A DNA stretch of 61,162 bases from an uncultured Bdellovibrionales bacterium (GTDB lineage: Bacteria > Bdellovibrionota > Bdellovibrionia > Bdellovibrionales > UBA1609). Shown here piece after piece: positions 55,422-61,162 of this stretch. A program made the position numbers and the translations under genes. The notes under the pieces were generated by a model. The model had not been told where the DNA came from and did no database searches. It saw only the letters and a list, made by a program, of their open reading frames with translations. The DNA lies in the NCBI GenBank assembly GCA_938001965.1, contig CALLBC010000062.1, positions 1-61,162 of the forward strand. Direction: 5' to 3'. Each line of letters begins with the position of its first letter. Position 1 is the first letter of the stretch.

Positions 55422-57092
55422 ATGGATAGTGAATCTAATCGTTTCATTAATAAAATTGCATATATATTTATTGCGACTTTATTTTTAGCAACAGCATTTA
55501 TTAGTACTGATGTGTATGCGGACAGTTCTGATGATAGTATAAAAATACTAAGAAATAGAGATCGTGGTGACCGTAACGATAGAAAAAAAGCTCGTGAAAA
55601 TAAAAGGCAAGAGCGTAGACAAGAACGCGCCCGTCCAGAGCGTCAAAGAAATCGTGACAGCGCCAGACAAGAGCGCCCAAGAAATCGTGACCGTGCTAGA
55701 CCAGAGCAACCAAGAAGAAACCCAGATAGAACAAGGCCAAATCGCCCAAGAAACCCAGATAGAACAAGACCAAATCGTCCAAGTAATCCAGATCGCACAA
55801 GACCAAATCGTCCAAGCAATCCAGATAGAACCAGGCCAAATCGCCCAAGAAATCCTGATCGCACAAGACCGAATCGTCCAAGCAACCCAGATAGAACAAG
55901 GCCAAACCGCCCAAGAAATCCGGATCGTACAAGACCTAATCGTCCAAGAAACCCTGACAGAGTTAGGCAAGAAAGACGACAAAGAGAAAGAGATCGTGTA
56001 GAGCGTGAGCAAAGACGTCGTCGTCAAGCTCGTCGTGCAGACCGATTAAGAGATCGTGATCGTAGACATCACAGACGTGTTAGTCGTGACAGATATAGGC
56101 AACACAGACGTTACCATAGATACCCTAGAAGAACGATTCGTCATCATCACAGATGGACTATTCGTTACAACAGATGGTGGAGAAATCATCACCGTTGGGG
56201 GCATCCAGGATGGCCGCATGACAGAATTCATTATCCTTCAAGATGGCCAAATACATCTGATAGATGGTCAGTTTATCAAATTATTAATGTGGCAGATAAC
56301 TTAGAAACTAAGTTTGAGCACATATATAATATGGTTGCAAACCAGTATGGAAGAAGTTCGTCCATAGCGACTAAAGCTTACGCGCTTTGGAGTGCTGCTC
56401 AAGTTTACAGTGATTGCGTAGAGTTTTATAATGGAAACTTACACTTCTCATTATATGAGCTTTATAACTTAGAAGAAGCAGCTTCTAACTTTGAAAGTGA
56501 ACTGAATAGATACGGTTCATCTTCAAGTGTTCATAGGCATTTCAATGTTGGTAAGTTCTTTATCAATGAACTGTTATGGCAGTACCGTCAGCAAATTGGT
56601 CATATCGATACGTGGAGAGATCAAATTAATGAAGGTGACAGTTGGAGACAAGACGCTAATGATGAGTGGGATGATGTAAATGATACTTATTCATCTAAAA
56701 GCTTTTACTTCTGGTGGACAAAGCCACATAGAGTTGCAACTTGGACACTTGATACACCAACCACTTTAAGCTCCATATCTCTTGAGGCGGTTAATACAAA
56801 TGGCCTCAGAGGTAAAAACGGAGTGGCTGGAATTAGCGAAATTTTACTGATCTATACTGATGGTAGTGAGTTAAATATTGTTAGTAGAAGTCATGAAAAG
56901 TACTCGCAAAGATCTGGGCAGTTAGTGTTGCGTGATCAAGGAGACTTCCTTGAAGTGTATAACCCTAATCCAAACTTAAAAGTTCGTGAGATTCAGATAA
57001 AAGCGGACTCTTGGGTAGCTCCTGAGGTGGATGTTGATATTCAAGTTAATATTAACTCTTATGAGTTAAACTCACTAAGAAACTTAAATTAA
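55422..57092 (+). CDS. Exported, extremely Arg-rich repeat protein with His/Trp/Arg-rich linker and globular C-terminal domain
   Basis: ATG 55422 is preceded by GGGGAG; GTG 55416 is the track start. Signal-like FINKIAYIFIATLFLATAFISTDVYA. 7 x NPDRTRPNRP(R/S). Then RRHHRRVSRDRYRQHRRYHRYPRR...WWRNHHRWGHPGWPH, followed by ~270 aa of ordinary composition. Confidence 0.75.
   Translation: MDSESNRFINKIAYIFIATLFLATAFISTDVYADSSDDSIKILRNRDRGDRNDRKKARENKRQERRQERARPERQRNRDSARQERPRNRDRARPEQPRRNPDRTRPNRPRNPDRTRPNRPSNPDRTRPNRPSNPDRTRPNRPRNPDRTRPNRPSNPDRTRPNRPRNPDRTRPNRPRNPDRVRQERRQRERDRVEREQRRRRQARRADRLRDRDRRHHRRVSRDRYRQHRRYHRYPRRTIRHHHRWTIRYNRWWRNHHRWGHPGWPHDRIHYPSRWPNTSDRWSVYQIINVADNLETKFEHIYNMVANQYGRSSSIATKAYALWSAAQVYSDCVEFYNGNLHFSLYELYNLEEAASNFESELNRYGSSSSVHRHFNVGKFFINELLWQYRQQIGHIDTWRDQINEGDSWRQDANDEWDDVNDTYSSKSFYFWWTKPHRVATWTLDTPTTLSSISLEAVNTNGLRGKNGVAGISEILLIYTDGSELNIVSRSHEKYSQRSGQLVLRDQGDFLEVYNPNPNLKVREIQIKADSWVAPEVDVDIQVNINSYELNSLRNLN
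55719..55949 (+). repeat. Seven in-frame 33-bp tandem repeats (coding), with a degenerate eighth unit to ~55982
   Basis: The units aac/aat cca/cct/ccg gat aga/cgc/cgt aca/acc agg/aga cca/ccg/cct aat/aac cgc/cgt cca aga/agt/agc were read directly. Only the last codon changes the amino acid (R/S). Confidence 0.9.
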
Positions 57093-57120
57093 ACTTAGTT
57101 ATATAAATTTGTAATGAATT

Positions 57121-57149
57121 AAGGGGCCATGTATTGGGCCCTTTTTTTT
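57121..57149 (+). terminator. Rho-independent terminator after the Arg-rich protein gene
   Basis: aaggggcc-atgtattg-ggccctt followed by a T run. Confidence 0.7.
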
Positions 57150-57230
57150 GTATAAGCTCAAGGATATGCCCAAAATTTAATCATAAAATTTGATTATTAA
57201 TTGGAGTATCTAGCTAAAGTAACAGGACTA

Positions 57231-57258
57231 TTGACTTGTTAAGTTTATAAACTATCAT
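57231..57258 (+). promoter_or_regulatory. Candidate sigma-70-type promoter for mscL
   Basis: TTGACT (57231-57236), 16-nt spacer, TATCAT (57253-57258), ~50 nt upstream of the mscL ATG. Pattern match only. Confidence 0.3.
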
Positions 57259-57306
57259 TATCACAAGATAGAAATAAATTTAATTAATACAACGAGGAGA
57301 AACAAA

Positions 57307-57699
57307 ATGGGAATGATGTCTGAATTTAAAGACTTTGCCATAAAAGGCAATGTTGTTGATATGGCAGTTGGTTTAGTAATTGGTGCTGCTTTTGGTAAGA
57401 TCGTAAGCGCGTTTGTTGCTAATATTATTACTCCGCCAATTGGTTTATTAATGGGTGGTGTTGATTTTAGTAAGCTAGGCTATGTTTTACAAGAAGCCGG
57501 TGAAGGAAAAGAAGCTGTTGTTATGAAATACGGTATTTTTATCCAAAGTGTTCTAGATTTTATAATTATTGCTTTTGCAATTTTTATGGTTGTTAAAGCT
57601 ATTAATTCTGCAAAGAAAGCTGAAGAAGAAGCAGCTCCTGCAGGACCAACTGATGATCAAAAGCTACTTGCTGAAATCAGAGATGCTTTAAAAAAGTAA
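57307..57699 (+). CDS. mscL: Large-conductance mechanosensitive channel
   Basis: [40 protein letters not shown] is the canonical MscL N-terminus/TM1. GAGGAG Shine-Dalgarno-like sequence upstream. Confidence 0.93.
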   Translation: MGMMSEFKDFAIKGNVVDMAVGLVIGAAFGKIVSAFVANIITPPIGLLMGGVDFSKLGYVLQEAGEGKEAVVMKYGIFIQSVLDFIIIAFAIFMVVKAINSAKKAEEEAAPAGPTDDQKLLAEIRDALKK

Positions 57700-57720
57700 G
57701 TCCATTTAATTAATATTGTA

Positions 57721-57757
57721 AAAGGCCACTAAATCTATTTTAGTGGCCTTTTTTTTT
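57721..57757 (+). terminator. Rho-independent terminator after mscL
   Basis: 13-bp perfect stem aaaggccactaaa / tttagtggccttt, loop tctat, T run to 57757. Confidence 0.85.
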
Positions 57758-57876
57758 ACCCTTTCTGAGTGCGGCGAGTCATAACTCTTCCATGTCCTGA
57801 CAAATTCTAATTCATTAGCTAGTTTGGTGAGTGGTCTGAAGCGGCCCAACTAATTCTTGATAAAAGAAGGTTAACC

Positions 57877-59226
57877 ATGTTTGATAATTTGTCTGATAAA
57901 TTGCTTGGCAGTATAAAAAAACTGAAAGGGCAATCTAAAATAACTGAAAAAAATATCCAAGATATAACTAAGGAAATTCGCCTTAGTTTATTAGAGGCCG
58001 ATGTAAACTTTAAAGTTGTTAAGTCTTTTATAGAAAATGTAAAAACTAAGGCCCTTGGGCAAGAGGTTTTATTAAATGTAAATGCTGGTGAGCAGTTTGT
58101 TAAGATTGTCCATGAAGAGTTAAAAGAGCTATTGGGTGGCGAGGAAGTTCCTTTAAATGTGAAGGGGCCAATGGCCACAATTATGTTAGTGGGTTTACAG
58201 GGGGTGGGTAAAACCACTAGTGCCGCAAAACTAGCATTGTATATTCGAAAAAAACTAAAAAAGAAACCTGGTTTGGTGTCTGTGGATGTTTACCGTCCTG
58301 CCGCCATTGAACAGTTAAAAACTTTAGGTAAGCAAAATAATATTCCCTGTTTTGACTCTGACCCAAGCGATAAACCCCTAGATATTTTAGCAAAAGCTCA
58401 AGCCTGGGCTAAAAATGAAATGGTTGAGGTTTTAATACTTGATACGGCTGGCCGCTTACAAATTGATGAAACTCTAATGGATGAGCTGGCCGGTTTAAAA
58501 AAACACATTGACCCAAAAGAGGTCATACTAGTGGCAGATGCCATGCTTGGTCAGCAGTCAGTAAATGTGGCTGAAGGCTTTCATGATAAGTTAGGTTTAA
58601 CTGGTCTTGTGTTAACCAAAATAGACGGGGACGCAAGAGGTGGTGCCGCTTTAAGTATAAGGCATACTGTAGGTGTTCCAATAAAATTTTTAGGTGTGGG
58701 TGAAAAGGTTTCAGCTTTAGAGCAGTTCCATCCGGATCGTTTAGCTTCTAGAATTTTAGACATGGGTGATGTCCTGTCCTTAGTTGAAAAAGCTCAAGAA
58801 GTGATTGATGAAAAGTCAGCTCGCGAGTCAGCTCGTAAAATGGCTAAAAATAAATTCACTGTGGATGATTTTTTAAAGCAAATTCAAATGATGAAAAAAA
58901 TGGGAGGCATGGAAGGTATTTTAAAAATGCTTCCTGGTGCGGGCCAAATGATGAAAAAAATGAAAGGTATGGCACCGCCAGATAAAGAGATTAAAAAGAT
59001 TGAAGCCATCATTAGATCTATGACGCAAAAAGAGCGAGATAACCATAAGCTACTCAACGGCTCAAGACGAATACGAATAGCCAAAGGGAGTGGGACTCAA
59101 GTTCAAGATGTTAATAAGTTCATTAAACAATTTGAAGAATCTAGTAAGATGATGCAAAAAATGATGAAGATGGGTATGGGCGGAATGATGGGCCGAGGCG
59201 GTCGCGGCGGAGGAATGCCTTTTTAA
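57877..59226 (+). CDS. ffh: Signal recognition particle protein Ffh
   Basis: N domain, G domain GLQGVGKTT / DTAGR / TKIDGD, Met-rich M domain, Gly/Arg tail. Confidence 0.95.
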   Translation: MFDNLSDKLLGSIKKLKGQSKITEKNIQDITKEIRLSLLEADVNFKVVKSFIENVKTKALGQEVLLNVNAGEQFVKIVHEELKELLGGEEVPLNVKGPMATIMLVGLQGVGKTTSAAKLALYIRKKLKKKPGLVSVDVYRPAAIEQLKTLGKQNNIPCFDSDPSDKPLDILAKAQAWAKNEMVEVLILDTAGRLQIDETLMDELAGLKKHIDPKEVILVADAMLGQQSVNVAEGFHDKLGLTGLVLTKIDGDARGGAALSIRHTVGVPIKFLGVGEKVSALEQFHPDRLASRILDMGDVLSLVEKAQEVIDEKSARESARKMAKNKFTVDDFLKQIQMMKKMGGMEGILKMLPGAGQMMKKMKGMAPPDKEIKKIEAIIRSMTQKERDNHKLLNGSRRIRIAKGSGTQVQDVNKFIKQFEESSKMMQKMMKMGMGGMMGRGGRGGGMPF

Positions 59227-59249
59227 ATAATGGCTTGTAGTTTTTTATA

Positions 59250-59284
59250 TAAAAAAAAGAGCTAGCAGAAGCTAGCTCTTTTGA
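59250..59284. terminator. Bidirectional terminator between ffh and the convergent lipoprotein gene
   Basis: agagctagc-agaa-gctagctct, flanked by an A run upstream and a T run downstream. Confidence 0.75.
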
Positions 59285-59309
59285 CTTAAGAATATATTGT
59301 AAGCAGATA

Positions 59310-59888
59310 TTACATTCCGTTCGGAGATAAAGCTTCATCAACTTCAGCGATAACAGCTTTATTAGTTTCAATTCTTTTTTTGATTTGATCAGCACCAACG
59401 CTAGAAACTTCTTGTACAGAAGGAAGTAAAGCCATGTCGTCACGTAATTCTATTTGAGCAGTGTACTTCTTTTCTAGTAACTCAAGACCACCAATTTCAA
59501 GATCAAGAGTTTTAATTTTTTTAGTAACTTCAGCATCAACAGCTTTTGCGTCGTCTAAAGCAGCTTTGAAAGAAGTAATTTTGTTTAAATCAGCACTGTT
59601 TCCAGAGTTAATAGCAATTTCAGTAATTTCATTAAAGTCAGCTTCAGCTTGTTTAACGCTTAAGATTGTTGATTCAGACTCAAGAACTAACTCACTTTTT
59701 TCAGATTTAGTAATTGCTAAATCTGCCTTTACTTTATCTAGTCTGTCTTCAAGAGTTTCAACAGTTTGTTTTTCTAGATTTGAAACTGTCGTGTTTGTTC
59801 CTTTTGAGCTTTCGCCATTGCTACAAGCAATCATAGAAACAGATGTTAAAGATAATAGTACGGCACATAAAGTAGTTTTCATTTTCAT
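59310..59888 (-). CDS. Coiled-coil lipoprotein (192 aa)
   Basis: MKMKTTLCAVLLSLTSVSMIAC lipobox. The remainder is Ala/Glu/Lys-rich with a heptad-like pattern. Confidence 0.6.
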   Translation of the reverse strand: MKMKTTLCAVLLSLTSVSMIACSNGESSKGTNTTVSNLEKQTVETLEDRLDKVKADLAITKSEKSELVLESESTILSVKQAEADFNEITEIAINSGNSADLNKITSFKAALDDAKAVDAEVTKKIKTLDLEIGGLELLEKKYTAQIELRDDMALLPSVQEVSSVGADQIKKRIETNKAVIAEVDEALSPNGM

Positions 59889-60380
59889 TTATTTTCTCCT
59901 GGGTTAAAAAAAACGTTCATACGGGGCTTACTAATACAATAAGGGGGCCAGGGCTTAGCTCGAAATAAATGGAAGTAAAGCCTATTAGAGGTAAAAAATG
60001 GCGACAAAAAATGTAATAAAGTCATTAGTTTAGCAATAATTGTCACTTTGCTTGCTTAAACTTTATCTATCCACATATCTATATATATAGTCAGAATTAA
60101 CGCAAAGGGAGGTATCAATAAGCATTGTTTAATTAGCGCTTGCTAGTTTCTAGAGAATGAATATATACTCATAATAAGTGCTCATCTGAATAATGAGTAA
60201 TTACAAGTGCTTATGATCTAAAATGCATTATTTTAGTGCTTAGATTAAAGAAGGCTTGCAGTTTGGAGTCAAAAAAGGTAATTAGATACGAATATTTACG
60301 GCTAGTTAGTACTGTATTTATTTATAACGAAAAATCATAGAAACCTATGATGAGATACCATTTTTCGACAGGAGATATTA

Positions 60381-60638
60381 ATGGTTGTAATTAGACTTGC
60401 AAGATTTGGTCAAACACATAAGCCTGCTTACCGTGTAACTGTTGCTGACAGCCGTCGTGCAGCTACTGGAAAATACTTAGAAGTAGTAGGATCATACAAC
60501 CCATTTGCTCGCGGTAAAGAAGTGGGCTTAAATTTAAAAATGGATAGAATAAATGACTGGGTAAGCAAAGGTGCACAGCCTAGCCAAACAGTAAAAAGCT
60601 TAATTAAAAAATTTGATAGTTCAGCTGCTGCTAACTAA
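60381..60638 (+). CDS. rpsP: 30S ribosomal protein S16
   Basis: MVVIRLARFGQTHKPAYRVTVADSRRAATGKYLEVVGSYNP. AGGAGA Shine-Dalgarno-like sequence upstream. Confidence 0.95.
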   Translation: MVVIRLARFGQTHKPAYRVTVADSRRAATGKYLEVVGSYNPFARGKEVGLNLKMDRINDWVSKGAQPSQTVKSLIKKFDSSAAAN

Positions 60639-60669
60639 AAAATTAACTGTTTAACAACGAGGTATTATA

Positions 60670-60915
60670 ATGGATGCGGGTAGCTTGAAAGACCTAATAG
60701 AATTTATGGCAAAAGCTCTAGTTGATAACCCTGATGATGTAAATGTTAACGAAGTTGTTGGCGAACAAACTACTGTTGTTGAGTTAAAGGTTGCAAAAGA
60801 AGACCTAGGTAAAGTGATTGGCAAGCAAGGCCGTACCGCTAGATCAATGCGCACCATCTTAAGTGCAGCAAGTACAAAGCAAAGAAAGCGTAGTGTGCTT
60901 GAAATTGTTGAGTAG
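60670..60915 (+). CDS. KH-domain RNA-binding protein (UPF0109/YlqC-like)
   Basis: [18 protein letters not shown]...[24 protein letters not shown], in the conserved position after rpsP. Confidence 0.85.
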   Translation: MDAGSLKDLIEFMAKALVDNPDDVNVNEVVGEQTTVVELKVAKEDLGKVIGKQGRTARSMRTILSAASTKQRKRSVLEIVE

Positions 60916-60940
60916 AAATAAATAAAAATTGAAATTTATC

Positions 60941-60972
60941 AAAGCTTCTATAGATATATAGAAGCTTTTTTA
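60941..60972 (+). terminator. Rho-independent terminator after the KH-domain gene
   Basis: 12-bp stem aaagcttctata / tatagaagcttt, loop gata, T run. Confidence 0.75.
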
Positions 60973-61119
60973 TTATTACTTATGCTCAACTTAGGCTAGA
61001 GCTAGCTAAGGATGTTATTTAACCGTCGGTAAATTGAAAAAGAAAGGCCTCCTCAGATCGTAGGCTATTCACGAAATCTTTCGTGATACGGTTGAGCTCT
61101 TAAACCAAAGGAGACCGAA

Positions 61120-61162
61120 ATGTACGATCATTATATAGCACTAGATTGGGCACAAAAAAACA
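61120..61162 (+). CDS. 5' end of an ORF running off the right edge; N-terminus faintly IS110-family-recombinase-like
   Basis: AAAGGAG then 6 nt then ATG. Translates MYDHYIALDWAQKN. The hydrophobic-x-hydrophobic-D-W/V pattern resembles the first DEDD motif of IS110-type enzymes (memory-based). With only 14 codons visible, the function is very uncertain. Confidence 0.3.
   Translation, partial: MYDHYIALDWAQKN

Noticed and set aside
55719-55982. Possible CRISPR or non-coding VNTR (33-bp period)
   Set aside because: The units are contiguous with no spacers, lie in frame inside a long ORF, and differ mainly at synonymous positions. This is a coding peptide repeat.
55548-56304. Track ORFs 55548..56027(-), 55564..56001(+), 55643..55885(-), 55696..55932(-), 56046..56231(-), 56056..56304(+)
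   Set aside because: All lie inside the Arg-repeat region of the 55422..57092 gene. The periodic, stop-poor repeat keeps several frames open, and their translations are low-complexity echoes of the repeat.
57819-59907. ORFs 57819..58217(-), 58581..58763(-), 58884..59084(-), 59141..59443(-) and 59461..59907(+)
   Set aside because: These lie antisense to ffh or to the coiled-coil lipoprotein gene. 59141..59443 would also run through the bidirectional terminator. None has recognisable features.
1-61162. rRNA, tRNA, tmRNA, SRP RNA, prophage, integrase, restriction-modification or toxin-antitoxin modules
   Set aside because: I scanned the intergenic regions by eye and found no cloverleaf-like GC-rich 70-90-nt segments, no SRP RNA GGAAGCAGCC-type motif, and no phage or integrase-like ORFs. 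Absence by eye is not proof; tRNAscan-SE, Infernal and a defence-system finder should be run.

Overview
AT-rich (by eye, clearly below 40% GC) bacterial chromosomal segment of Gram-negative type. It holds about 60 protein-coding genes. I found no rRNA, tRNA or CRISPR array. The housekeeping backbone is: (1) rnc-era-der plus an NSS transporter in one overlapping operon; (2) a translationally coupled purine operon purM-(orphan)-purB-purC-purS-purQ-purL-purF-pdxH; (3) a peptidoglycan-recycling operon ldcA-mpl-amidase-GNAT; (4) mutS overlapping a GlnD-like nucleotidyltransferase; (5) gcdH, mscL, ffh, and rpsP plus a KH-domain gene. Between these blocks lie many orphan exported or lipoprotein genes and envelope-active enzymes: a two-HKD phospholipase D, a YheT-type esterase, a MepA-like LAS peptidase, a papain-fold-like peptidase and a DUF1552/DUF1588 pair. 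This mix is reminiscent of Bdellovibrio-and-like predators, but that is inference only. The most unusual observations are: (i) a family of ~185-nt foldback elements (25880-26064 and 47180-47362) that share an 81-nt GC-rich asymmetric core, with arms that have diverged between copies but stay self-complementary within each copy; (ii) three tandem ~125-nt units (37125-37514) closed by a 37-bp inverted arm, lying in an 840-nt gene-free leader upstream of a solo LuxR-type regulator; (iii) an exported, extremely Arg-rich protein with seven perfect 11-aa repeats whose DNA copies differ almost only at synonymous sites; (iv) an orphan gene translationally coupled on both sides inside the pur operon; (v) a co-directional lipid-active cluster containing a 933-aa orphan. 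I found no recognisable defence system, prophage, integrase or toxin-antitoxin pair. The candidates for novelty are structured DNA/RNA elements and orphan exported proteins, not a clean multi-gene system. All family calls rest on motifs recalled from memory, with no database search.
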